Assembly: GCA_963666055.2 (NCBI GenBank)
Contig: CAXWPH010000015.1
Span: forward strand, 320,001 to 384,000
Source of the DNA: Acidobacteriota bacterium
GTDB lineage: Bacteria; Acidobacteriota; UBA890; WLXD01
Reading direction: 5' to 3'
Length of the DNA stretch: 64,000 bases
Part shown: piece by piece, positions 51,686 to 61,463 of the stretch
Layout of the letters: each line of letters starts with the position of its first letter
Position numbering within the stretch: position 1 is the first letter of the stretch
The notes under the pieces: generated by a model
Databases searched by the model: none
The model's input: only the letters and a program-made list of their open reading frames with translations
What the model was told of the DNA's origin: nothing
Translations under genes and position numbers: made by a program

Positions 51686-54100
51686 ATGCCGAGCTTGGAG
51701 CGTGGTCGGCGTGTGCCGCGACCTGGTGCGATCGCAGCGCTCGCCGCTGTCACGTCCGTGTCCGCGATCGTCCTGCTGACGATCGGCTGTGGCCCGGGAG
51801 CGTCCCCCGGGGCACGGCTCGACGAGCTCCGCGGCGACCGCAAGCTCAACGTCCTGCTGGTGACGCTCGACACGACGCGCGCCGATCGACTCGGCGTGTA
51901 CGGCTTCGACGAGGTCGACACCCCGGTCATCGATGGGCTTGCCGCCCGCGGCGTCACCTTCATGCGCGCCTACGCCTCGACGCCGCTGACGCTGCCCTCG
52001 CACACCTCGCTATTCACCGGAACCCATCCGCCCTACCACGGGGTACGCGACAACGGCGCCCACATCGCGCCAGAAGGGCTGCAGACCCTGGCCGAGAGCT
52101 TCCAGCAGGCCGGCTACCGAACTGGCGCGTTCGTCGGAGCCTTCGTGCTCGACTCGCGCTGGGGCCTGGCCCAGGGGTTCGACCGGTACTTCGACGAGTT
52201 CGAGTTGCCCAGGCAGCGAATGATCTCTCTGAGCACCGTGCAGCGCTCCGGATCCGAGGTCGTCGACACCGCCCTGGCGTGGGCCCGCGAGGACGACACC
52301 ACCCCGTTCTTCATGTGGGTGCACCTGTACGATCCGCACACCCCGTACGATCCACCCGAGCCCTTCAGGTCACGATACGCCGACCAGCCCTACGTCGGCG
52401 AGATCGCCTGGACCGACTCCGTGGTCGGCAGGCTGACCTCCTGGCTGGACGACTCCGGCCGATCCGACGACACCTACGTGGTGGTGGCAGCCGATCACGG
52501 CGAGAGCCTCGGCGAGCACGGGGAGAACGAGCACGGGCTGCTGCTGTACGAGTCGGCCATCCGGGTGCCGCTGATCATCGCCACGCCGTTCGACGAGCCG
52601 CAGGGCATCCAGCGCCACGAGCTGGTCTCGTTGATCGACGTCATGCCGACCGTGCTGGAGTTGACCGGGCTGGAGGTCCCCGAAGAGGTGCATGGCAGGA
52701 GCCTGGTACCGCTGTTTACCAACGACGCCGAGGTCGAGGGCAGGCCCGACGAGCGCGTCTATGCCGAGACCTTCTACCCGCGCCTGCATTTCGGCTGGAG
52801 CGAGCTCCAGGCGATCCTCGAGCCCACCCACAAGCTCATCATCTCGTCCGAGCCGGAGCTCTACGATCTTCTGCAGGACCCCGAGGAGCAGGAGAACCTC
52901 GCACCGCAGCGCGCCGCCACGGCAGAGGCGCTGCGCCGGGAGGCCGAGGAGCTGGTGGCGCAGTTCGAGGAGAACGCCAACCCGGCGAACACCGTCACGC
53001 TCGACCAGGAGACTCTGCAGCGGCTCGCCGCGCTCGGGTACATCGGCGGCTACAGCGCCGATGCAGACGACCCGGAGGTCAAGCGCGCTAACCCGAGGGA
53101 CAAGATCGAGATATACAACGACCTGCTGCGGGCCCGCAGTCTGACCCTCCGGAACGAGCCGGCCGAGGCCGAGGTGCTCCTGCGGGGGGTTATCGTCGAG
53201 GATCCTGGCGTGGTCGATGCACACCAGTCGCTCGGCAACCTGCTCGTCGAGCAGCTCCGCTACGACGAAGCGATCGAGGTTTTCGAGACCGCCCTCTCTA
53301 TGCGGCCCGAGGATGCAGCCCTGGTGCTCCTTCTCGCCACCACGCAGAGGCAGGCCGGTCGGTTGGACGAGGCCGAGAAGGTGTTGCTGGACTTCATCGA
53401 CGTCCTTGAGCCGGATGCCCGGCTGTACATCAGCCTCGGACGCATCAAGCAGGCGACGCGCTCCTACACCGAGGCAGCAACCTATTTCAACGAGGCGTTG
53501 CGCCTCAGCGAGGATGCTCCGGCGAGCAACATCATGGCCGGCGCGCACGTCGGGCTCGGGGCTGTCCTGCTGGCCAGCGGCCGCCTGAGCCTGGCGGAGG
53601 AACACCTGAACCTGGCGCTCGGCTTCAACGATAGCCTCGCCGATCTGCACTTCCAGCGCGCCTTGCTGTTCCAGGCCCGGGAACAGCCGGACGAGGCGAT
53701 CGGAGCCTACCGCCGCGAGCTCGAGAGCTCGCCGCGCAACGGCAGGGCCGCCTTCAACCTCAGCGTCATCTACCGCAACCGCGGTGACCTCGTCGAGGAG
53801 GAGCGCTACCTGCGTCTGGCCCTCGAGATCAACCCGCAGTTCGCCGGTGGGCGCCTTTTCCTCGCCCGCATCTACCTGCTGAAGAACGAGCGCCTCGACG
53901 AGGCCGTGTCGCTCGTCGAGGGGGCGCTGGAGCGACTCGAGTCGTCGACTGCGCGCGGAGTGCCGCAAGAAGTGACCAGGCAGGACCAGGTGCTGGGTCA
54001 TCTCTTGCTGGCGGATATCTACAATCGACTCGGCAGAAACGAGCTCTCCAACCAGCACGCGCGTCTCGGGACGCAGCTGCGTACCGGCACACAGCGCTGA
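51686..54100 (+). CDS. sulfatase-like (alkaline phosphatase superfamily) hydrolase with TPR repeats
   Basis: LLVTLDTTRADRL, TLPSH, DPH, ADHGESLGEHGE, TPRs. Confidence 0.9.
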   Translation: MPSLERGRRVPRPGAIAALAAVTSVSAIVLLTIGCGPGASPGARLDELRGDRKLNVLLVTLDTTRADRLGVYGFDEVDTPVIDGLAARGVTFMRAYASTPLTLPSHTSLFTGTHPPYHGVRDNGAHIAPEGLQTLAESFQQAGYRTGAFVGAFVLDSRWGLAQGFDRYFDEFELPRQRMISLSTVQRSGSEVVDTALAWAREDDTTPFFMWVHLYDPHTPYDPPEPFRSRYADQPYVGEIAWTDSVVGRLTSWLDDSGRSDDTYVVVAADHGESLGEHGENEHGLLLYESAIRVPLIIATPFDEPQGIQRHELVSLIDVMPTVLELTGLEVPEEVHGRSLVPLFTNDAEVEGRPDERVYAETFYPRLHFGWSELQAILEPTHKLIISSEPELYDLLQDPEEQENLAPQRAATAEALRREAEELVAQFEENANPANTVTLDQETLQRLAALGYIGGYSADADDPEVKRANPRDKIEIYNDLLRARSLTLRNEPAEAEVLLRGVIVEDPGVVDAHQSLGNLLVEQLRYDEAIEVFETALSMRPEDAALVLLLATTQRQAGRLDEAEKVLLDFIDVLEPDARLYISLGRIKQATRSYTEAATYFNEALRLSEDAPASNIMAGAHVGLGAVLLASGRLSLAEEHLNLALGFNDSLADLHFQRALLFQAREQPDEAIGAYRRELESSPRNGRAAFNLSVIYRNRGDLVEEERYLRLALEINPQFAGGRLFLARIYLLKNERLDEAVSLVEGALERLESSTARGVPQEVTRQDQVLGHLLLADIYNRLGRNELSNQHARLGTQLRTGTQR

Positions 54101-54102
54101 CC

Positions 54103-55335
54103 ATGCACGCGACGGTAGTCCGGGTCGGCCTGCACATCGTCGTCTGCTCCTTCCTGGCCGCTCCAAGCCTTTTCGGTTCGACTTCAGCGACATCGGCCTC
54201 GCTGGCTTTGATGGGTACGCGGTCGGCAGCCCATCAGGAATCTGAGACCGCGCAGACGCCAGCCGAGGAGTTCGACCAGGCGATGCAGACCGCTGCGGCG
54301 GCCCTACAGAACGGCGATTTCGAGTCGGTTCTCAGGGCGGCGACGGCGTACGAGCGCGCCCACGAGCTGCGTCCCGAGAGTATCCAAACCTGCCTGGCGC
54401 TCGGGCGCACCTACCGCCGTCTCACCCTCCATGAGAAGACGATCGCCCTCATCGATGACTGTCTGGCCGCGGCTGGCCCGGCCCCGAACCTCGAGCTGAT
54501 GAGGGGGCGAACGCTGCTTCAGATGGGCATGGGGTCGGAGGCGCGAGCCGCCTTCGAGGCGGCCACAGCGGCGGGCGCCGTGGACGCGCGCTCCGATCTC
54601 GGCCTCCTGGCGTGGGCACAGCGCGATCTCGACGTCGCCGTGGAGGAGTTCGAGGCGCTGATCCGGGTGCGTCCGCGCCGAGCCCTGGTGTACGTGCGCC
54701 TCGCCGAGGTGTACATCGATCGCCTGGAGGTCGCGACCGCTGAAGGACTGCTCCAACGTGTCCTCGAAATGCAAGCCTGCTGCGCGGCGCAGGCGCATAA
54801 CCTGCTTGGGCTCATTCGCTACAAGGCCGGCGATCTGGAGGGCGCGGTGACCCACGGGCGCGAGGCAATCCGGCTTGACGCAGATCTGGGACTGGCGCAC
54901 TACAACCTGGCCATGGCCCTTCGCGACAGCGGTCAGCGGGAGCAGAGTCAGCAGGTGATGCAGCGCTTCCAGGAGATCGACAGCGCCGCCAACCAGCGCG
55001 AGCTCGAGGAGAATCGCGCCACGCAGATCGCCGTGTTGAACGCGCAGGGACTCTACTATTTTCGCCGTGACGATCCGGCCGAGGCGCTGAAGCTTTTCGA
55101 GGCCGCGCTCGGGTTTGCGCCCGACGACCCATTGATCCACTTCAACATCGGCCTGTCCAGGTCAGTACTCGGCCAGCACGAAGGTGCGATCACGGCACTG
55201 GAGAGCGCGCGCCAGCTGCAGCCGAAACGCGCGGAGACCTACGTGCTTCTCGCCGCCGCCTACCGTGCGCTGGGTCGAGCGGCGGATGCGCAGCGCGTCG
55301 ACGAGCTGCGCCAGCAGCTCGAGGAACAGCGCTGA
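54103..55335 (+). CDS. secreted tetratricopeptide-repeat protein
   Basis: multiple TPRs (AHNLLG, AHYNLA, IHFNIG). Confidence 0.85.
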   Translation: MHATVVRVGLHIVVCSFLAAPSLFGSTSATSASLALMGTRSAAHQESETAQTPAEEFDQAMQTAAAALQNGDFESVLRAATAYERAHELRPESIQTCLALGRTYRRLTLHEKTIALIDDCLAAAGPAPNLELMRGRTLLQMGMGSEARAAFEAATAAGAVDARSDLGLLAWAQRDLDVAVEEFEALIRVRPRRALVYVRLAEVYIDRLEVATAEGLLQRVLEMQACCAAQAHNLLGLIRYKAGDLEGAVTHGREAIRLDADLGLAHYNLAMALRDSGQREQSQQVMQRFQEIDSAANQRELEENRATQIAVLNAQGLYYFRRDDPAEALKLFEAALGFAPDDPLIHFNIGLSRSVLGQHEGAITALESARQLQPKRAETYVLLAAAYRALGRAADAQRVDELRQQLEEQR

Positions 55336-55363
55336 TGAGCTCCTGCTGCAGGCGACTCGCTCA

Positions 55364-57388
55364 TCATCCTCCTCCCTGCTGCTGCGGCTGATCGAGGATC
55401 TGCCGGGCCCTGCCCGCATAGGTTGCGGAGAGCTCTTCGTTGCCCAGCCGATTGTGTAAGTCGGCGAGAAGAAAGAGCCCGAGCGCACGATCCCTCGACG
55501 AGAGCTCGCCCGACAGAGCCCTCTCCGTGATGCCGACCGCTTCCTCGTAGTGTTCTCCCTTTTCGAGATAGGTCCTCGCCAGATAAAGACGCGCCTGCGC
55601 GAGGTCCGGATTGAGCTCGAGAGCGCGGCGTAGAGACTGCTCCTCCCGCCGGGGGTCGCCCAGATTGCGGTACGCCTCGGCGAGCCTCAGGTTTGCCGCG
55701 GCGTGCGTGGGGGCCATCTCCAGCTCTAGGAGGTATTCTCGTGCCGCCTCCGCATGCTCTCCACGGCGAGCCAAGAGCTGACCAAGCATGAAGTGCGCTT
55801 CGGGCAGCCGCTCGTAGATCTGCAACGCTTTGTGGAGGTGCTGTATGGCCCGGTCCTCGTCGCCGGTCTCCACATACACGCCCGCCAGAGTCCGGTGCAC
55901 GATGGCCTCGTCATCGCCGGCCAGCAGTTCCAACAACAGCCCTTCAGCCTCCTCGTATTCTGCTGTCCGGAACAACGAGAACACATCGAGGAGCCGATTG
56001 TGAACCGCGATCTTCGCCCTCGGAGAAGGTACCTCGGCGTTGTCTTCGTCGACGGGTGCGGCGGTGGCGCTCAGGTATCCCAAGGCCGCAAGCTGCCGCC
56101 GGGTCTGCTCGTCGACAACGGTCTGCTCGGCGCTCACGTTCCCTTCCAGCTGGGCAAACATCGCTGCCGCGGTGTTACTCATCTGCAGAAACACGCTGTT
56201 GAGCCTACCGACCAAGTTGTGTTGCTCGTCCGGATCGTCGACCAGATCGAATAGCTCGGGATCCACCGAGGCGATCAGCTTGTAGCGGTCGTTCTGGATC
56301 GACCGTAGCTCGCTCCAGCCGTACCGCAGCCGTGGGAAGTAGCTCTCCGCGTAGACGGTGCGTGGCTGCGCCGCGGCGGCCGGATCAAACAGCGGTGCGA
56401 GGCTCCTGCCTTGCACATACGCTGGAATCGGCAAGCCGCTGAGCTCGAGCACCGTCGGCAGGATGTCGACCAGCGATACGACCTCCGAGCGCCGAGTTCC
56501 CGCGGAACCGCTCAATCGCCCCGAGAAAATGAGCGGAACGTGAAGGGTCTCTTCATAGACGAAGAAACCGTGCTCGTGCTCCCCGTGCTCGTTCAGGCTC
56601 TCGCCATGGTCACCTGCAACCACGATGACAGCCTCCGCCAGCCCGGTGTCGTCGATGGTGCCGATGAGCCGGCCGATCTGGGAATCGACGAAAGCGATCT
56701 CTCCCAGGTAGGGACGTCCCAGGTACTCGGTGCGAAATGGTTCCGGCGGTGCATAGGGAAAATGCGGATCGTAGAGATGAACCCACAGGAAGACCGGCTG
56801 ACCAGGACGTCGATCGTCGAGCCACCGCAGCGACCGGTCGACGACCTCGTCGGCCGAGCGCTCAACGCTCTCCAGAGAGGCGCTCCGCTCCGGTGGTTGG
56901 AACGAGTCGAAATAGGTCTCGAACCCCTGAGCAAGACCCCATCTGGAGTCCAACACGAAGGCGGCGACGAAGGCAGCCGTCTGATAGCCGTTGGCTCGGT
57001 AGATCTCCGCCATCGTCTCGATCTGCTGCGGAACGACAAAGCCGCCGTTGTCGCGAACCCCGTGGTACGGAGGATAGGTTCCGGTAAAGATCGATGCGTG
57101 CGACGGCAAGGTGAGCGGTGTCGGTGAAACCGCCCGCGTGAAGGTGACCCCGCGCCTCGCGAGGCCATCGAGGTTCGGTGTCTGAACCCCATCGAAGCCG
57201 TAGACCCCGAGGCGATCCGCCCGCAGCGTGTCGATGGTGATGACGATGACGTCGGGCTTGTCTTGCCCGGCCACGGCAGGTCGGGGTGTCGCTTCCACGC
57301 CGGACGGTGTCTGCATCCAGGACCATACAAGGCCTATGAGCAGGGTGCGGAGCAGAACCCGTGAGCGCTTGACGGACCAAACCTGCAT
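55364..57388 (-). CDS. sulfatase-like hydrolase with TPR repeats (paralog)
   Basis: ITIDTLRADRL, TLPSH, GDHGESLNEHGE, TPRs. Confidence 0.9.
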   Translation of the reverse strand: MQVWSVKRSRVLLRTLLIGLVWSWMQTPSGVEATPRPAVAGQDKPDVIVITIDTLRADRLGVYGFDGVQTPNLDGLARRGVTFTRAVSPTPLTLPSHASIFTGTYPPYHGVRDNGGFVVPQQIETMAEIYRANGYQTAAFVAAFVLDSRWGLAQGFETYFDSFQPPERSASLESVERSADEVVDRSLRWLDDRRPGQPVFLWVHLYDPHFPYAPPEPFRTEYLGRPYLGEIAFVDSQIGRLIGTIDDTGLAEAVIVVAGDHGESLNEHGEHEHGFFVYEETLHVPLIFSGRLSGSAGTRRSEVVSLVDILPTVLELSGLPIPAYVQGRSLAPLFDPAAAAQPRTVYAESYFPRLRYGWSELRSIQNDRYKLIASVDPELFDLVDDPDEQHNLVGRLNSVFLQMSNTAAAMFAQLEGNVSAEQTVVDEQTRRQLAALGYLSATAAPVDEDNAEVPSPRAKIAVHNRLLDVFSLFRTAEYEEAEGLLLELLAGDDEAIVHRTLAGVYVETGDEDRAIQHLHKALQIYERLPEAHFMLGQLLARRGEHAEAAREYLLELEMAPTHAAANLRLAEAYRNLGDPRREEQSLRRALELNPDLAQARLYLARTYLEKGEHYEEAVGITERALSGELSSRDRALGLFLLADLHNRLGNEELSATYAGRARQILDQPQQQGGG

Positions 57389-57397
57389 CCAGGCTAC

Positions 57398-57676
57398 CTA
57401 GCAGGCCGTGGTGAAAGTGTGGTGGGTCTGGTTACGGCGAGTTGGGGCCAGATGCAAGGCGGCCTGACACGGGCGATGCCCCGGCCATCGTCGAGGAAGG
57501 CCAACGCCGCAAATGGCCCCAAATCGCCGTAACCCTTCGGGCGACAGGGGGTTGCGCGCGTATCCTGCGTCGTTCCTCGTCCACGATGGGGTAACCATCG
57601 CCTCCTCCTCTCTCCTTGCCTCCACTTCGCAAGTCCCTGTCGACAGACCCACCACACTTTCACCACGGCCTGCTAG
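57398..57676. mobile_element. MITE-like element copy 1
   Basis: ~33-bp terminal inverted repeats including CTAG at both ends; near-identical copy at 63113. Confidence 0.85.
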
Positions 57677-57863
57677 GGCTCCTGATCATAGGTACGGCGA
57701 CGTTTGCCGGAGCGAAACGCGGGCGACATCGAGAAAGGGGGGGGCAGGCGATGCCTCAGCCATCTACGCGAGGTGTGAACGGCAGATCGAAGAAAACGAC
57801 AAGCGGGGTGCGGCCCTGGAGGACCGCACCCCGCGTTATCGCTTGTCGTTGAGGGTCAGCGAA

Positions 57864-60800
57864 TCAGAAGGAGAGTCGTGCTCCGATCCTGAACTGCCGC
57901 CCGGGCAGCAGGCCACCTGTTGTCCGGGGCGACCCGACGGCGGAGACGCGGCCCCCGGACGCGTCGCGATGCACGTTGAAGGTTCGGCTTCTGTCCTCTT
58001 GGACGTTGGTCGGGGAGAAGTCGTTGAGCAGGTTGAATCCGTCGACCATCAGCTCAAAGCGGCCACCATCCCCCATCTCAAAGGACTTCGAGAGCCGCAG
58101 ATCGAGCTGCTTGAGCGAATCCCACCGCCTGCTGCCGACCTTCTCGATGTTGGAGCGGCCGTAGTCGGCGTTTTGAAGCCCAATCCGACTGTTCCTCTGT
58201 TGCAGGTTCCACGGCCGACCCGACGCGAAGTTCCAGTACATACCCGCAAGGATGTTTCCGGGCAGCCTGTAGTTGCCCAGTACCTTCCAGCTCCACGCCC
58301 TGCTGAAGCGCAACGGGCCAGACTCGGAAAACGGGTGGCCGTTGAAGTTCGGGTTGTCTTCCTGGTCGAAGCCTCTTCCCCAGACGCTCTGGCCGTCGCC
58401 GTTCTCCTTCGTTCCCCGGTTGTTCTGGTAGGTGACGGAGGTGCTGAAGTTGAGGCCGGAGCCCGTGCGCCGTCGGTCCAGCGTCAGCGACACGATGTCG
58501 TGCGTTCGGGTGTAGTAGGGGCTGTTGGTGAAGGCTTGGTCAGTGAAGCCGGTGTCTTTGTGGTAGAGCGTTTGCGTTTGACCGGTGGCCACGGTTCCGT
58601 CCGCCAACAGCGTGTCGGGGGCGGTGTATTCGAAGGCCGTGAACTGATGGTCAATCTGGTCGTCGTAGTTGAAGAAGTTGCTGTCGTCTTTGTGGATATA
58701 GTCGACACCCACGACCCAGTCGTTGACGAATTCAAACTCGAAACCGATGTTGATGACATCGGTGTGCAACGAATGCAAGTCCTCCGGGATCGGGAATTGT
58801 GGGGCGTCCTGCGTTCTCAGGTTCGCAGGTACAAACGTAGCGTCTTGCAGCGCTATTGCTTGTGCGTCGGTTAGGTTTGCCAGGTCGACGCTGCTGTCGA
58901 AAAAGTCTGTCGCATCGAAGAAGTACGACGCGTAGGACTTGTAACCGAGGTTTTCGCGAAACGCGCCGCCACTGGCTCTCGAGATGTGGCCGATGGCGAC
59001 CTTCTCGAAGTAGCGTCCCCAGCTGCCATGCGCGACAGCACGACCATCACCTGACAGATCCCAGGTGAATCCCAACCGTGGCGCCAAGTTGTAGTACTTG
59101 GTTTGCAGCCCCGATCCCGCTGGGGCCCAGGGAGCACTTATATCGGTTCTGGACCCGCCCCTTCCTCCTGTCCGGTCGTAACCGTTCGTCCGGTCGTAGC
59201 GCAGCCCGAGGTTGAGGGTGAGGTCGTCGGTGGCGGTAACGTTATCCTGAAGAAAGGCCGAGCTGCGTACGATCTGGGCCTCGAGGCCAACGTCGTAGTA
59301 ATACGCGTATACGTACAAATAGCCGCCGTGGTAGCCATAGGTATACAGACCGCCTTCGCCGGTATAACTACTGATCCAGCTGGACCAACTGTCGTTGTAG
59401 TCGATACCCAGCTTGACGTCATGCGCGGCGCCCATGAAGTTGTCGACGTACTGGGTCACCGTTGCGGTGATCTCTTTCCGGGCGTTGTCCTCGTCCTCCA
59501 AGAAACCGCGGGTAAGCCTCCTCGACCCGCCGAACCAGTAATCGGGTACGTCACAGCCGGTGCCCGCGTCGGGTTGAGCGCCAGGAGGATTGGCAGATGC
59601 TGGCCCCTCTTGACACTTGATCGGGAGGCGTATGTAGGCCCCCGAATATCCTGCGAAGCGGAGATCGGTGAAGGTGTTGTCGCCCAGTTGGGCTTGCCAG
59701 CTGAACAACCAGGTCGTCGTCTCGATTGAGGTATCCATGGCGACGATGAGCGGCGAACCTGGTCGCAGGCTCTCATTCGACCCTCCGCCCGGATCATGGT
59801 TGATCATGGCACCGAGCGTGTGGCGGTCGTTGAGCAAGTAATCCAGCCTGCCGTGCAGGCGCCATATGTCGTTACCCTGCTGGGCAGATTCGGGGGTGGT
59901 TGCTGCTACTCCGTCGTTGTCCCAGATCGAGTCGGCGACATTCCCACCGAGACTTTCTTGACGAGCGGCGCTGGCAAAGAAGAGCAGCTTGTTGCGCACA
60001 ATCGGGCCACCGAAAGTGGCGGAAAACTCGCGGTCGTACGAGAACTTTCCGCGCTCGAGATCGACGATGCCGCCCGAGTTGTCGCTTCTCAGCGAGCCGC
60101 CCTCCCAGTAGAAAGAGCCCGTGCCATGAAACTCGTTGGTGCCCCCCTTGGTGATCATATTGATCATCGCGCCAGTGAAGTTGCTGTACTCGGCGCTGGC
60201 GCCGACACCGACAATCTGGATCTCGGCGATGGAATCGACGTTCGGGTTGATCCAAGTGTTACCCCAATCGCCCTCGTTGACGTCAACGCCGTTGAGCCGG
60301 TAGCCGTTGGTTGCCGAACCGATCCGATGCGAGCTGGAGCCCTCGGAGTGGTTGCCGCCGGCGCCATAGGCTCCCTTGTCGGCGAAACCAGGGGCGAAGT
60401 TCGTTATCTCGGAGAACTCCCGCGGCGCCGGAATGTTTTCCATCAGATCCGAGCCGTATGACGTCGTAAGCGATGCCGACTCCAAGTCGATCAACGGTGT
60501 CTCGGAGATCACTGTGACGGTCTCTGAGATCCCCGCCAGCTCCAGCACCGCAATCACGTTTGAGGTTGTGCCGACGCTCACCGGGACGTTGTAAGCCATC
60601 GTCTGGAACCCGGTGAGTGCGACCGTCACGAGGTAGGTTCCCGGCCTGAGATTACGAAACCGGAAGACACCCGAGAGGTCGCTTGTCACCGCGACAGATT
60701 CCTGGATGAGGTTGTCCCCCTCGATGGTGGCGGTGGCGCCGGGCAGCCCCGCACCATCCACGTCGTGAATCTCTCCGGCGATCATTCCGGTGCTCCGAGC

Positions 60801-60872
60801 GCCCTGCGCCATCACCTGCGCGGGGAGTATCAAAAGCATAGCGATGGTCAAAACCGCCAGCTTGTTGCGCAT
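57864..60872 (-). CDS. TonB-dependent receptor, Oar-like
   Basis: GGAGG RBS; signal peptide; GAGLPGATATI; NMITKGGTNEFHG; C-terminal IGARLSF. Confidence 0.92.
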   Translation of the reverse strand: MRNKLAVLTIAMLLILPAQVMAQGARSTGMIAGEIHDVDGAGLPGATATIEGDNLIQESVAVTSDLSGVFRFRNLRPGTYLVTVALTGFQTMAYNVPVSVGTTSNVIAVLELAGISETVTVISETPLIDLESASLTTSYGSDLMENIPAPREFSEITNFAPGFADKGAYGAGGNHSEGSSSHRIGSATNGYRLNGVDVNEGDWGNTWINPNVDSIAEIQIVGVGASAEYSNFTGAMINMITKGGTNEFHGTGSFYWEGGSLRSDNSGGIVDLERGKFSYDREFSATFGGPIVRNKLLFFASAARQESLGGNVADSIWDNDGVAATTPESAQQGNDIWRLHGRLDYLLNDRHTLGAMINHDPGGGSNESLRPGSPLIVAMDTSIETTTWLFSWQAQLGDNTFTDLRFAGYSGAYIRLPIKCQEGPASANPPGAQPDAGTGCDVPDYWFGGSRRLTRGFLEDEDNARKEITATVTQYVDNFMGAAHDVKLGIDYNDSWSSWISSYTGEGGLYTYGYHGGYLYVYAYYYDVGLEAQIVRSSAFLQDNVTATDDLTLNLGLRYDRTNGYDRTGGRGGSRTDISAPWAPAGSGLQTKYYNLAPRLGFTWDLSGDGRAVAHGSWGRYFEKVAIGHISRASGGAFRENLGYKSYASYFFDATDFFDSSVDLANLTDAQAIALQDATFVPANLRTQDAPQFPIPEDLHSLHTDVINIGFEFEFVNDWVVGVDYIHKDDSNFFNYDDQIDHQFTAFEYTAPDTLLADGTVATGQTQTLYHKDTGFTDQAFTNSPYYTRTHDIVSLTLDRRRTGSGLNFSTSVTYQNNRGTKENGDGQSVWGRGFDQEDNPNFNGHPFSESGPLRFSRAWSWKVLGNYRLPGNILAGMYWNFASGRPWNLQQRNSRIGLQNADYGRSNIEKVGSRRWDSLKQLDLRLSKSFEMGDGGRFELMVDGFNLLNDFSPTNVQEDRSRTFNVHRDASGGRVSAVGSPRTTGGLLPGRQFRIGARLSF

Positions 60873-60943
60873 TCCACTTCCTCCTGGGGAGACGCCCGTC
60901 ATCCGAACGGGCAATGCTTACCTTGTGCATTGCACAAGAGCGA

Positions 60944-60959
60944 TGCAAAAATCGTGCCT
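60944..60959 (-). promoter_or_regulatory. putative sigma54 promoter of the TonB receptor
   Basis: AGGCACGATTTTTGCA matches the -24/-12 consensus GGCAC-N5-TTGC. Confidence 0.65.
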
Positions 60960-61463
60960 AGTGGCCCTTTTGTGGCGTCTTTGCCGACACCGCGCTTGCG
61001 CAAACTCAACAATTCCCTCGTCAGGCCAATGTCTACTGGGCGATTTCGTCCACCTGCCGATCAGTCGTCGCTGGATTGGAGGGCGAGCACAGCACGAAAC
61101 CGGACCCGCTCTGCGGGTCCGCGGCGTCCGGCGCCACTTGAATCCAACTAATTGGGTCCGTCACTCCAACAATTTGGTGCATGTCTTACTGTGACCCGAG
61201 GCGGCCCCCCCCCCTTGCAGACGGAGCTTGCCCGTGAACCTACGGCACGTGTTAGTAGCACCGCGCCGCGACCGATGTCAACCGGTGAGGAGCAAACGAG
61301 GCACGTAAATCTCTCGCGTTCCTTCACATTTCCTCACATTTCCGTCGCGGCTATGGACGCGGATCGCACCGTGGAGCAGCCTGTGGATCCATGCTTGAAT
61401 GATTTTCGGGGCGGCTCGCCGGTACCATGCCGACCGCTCGCACGGCTTAGCCAAGGAGGAAGC

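Noticed and set aside
57398-57666. Small ORFs inside the MITE (CEVEARREEEAMVTPS)
   Set aside because: The frame differs between the two copies, which differ by an indel, and no transposase motif is present.
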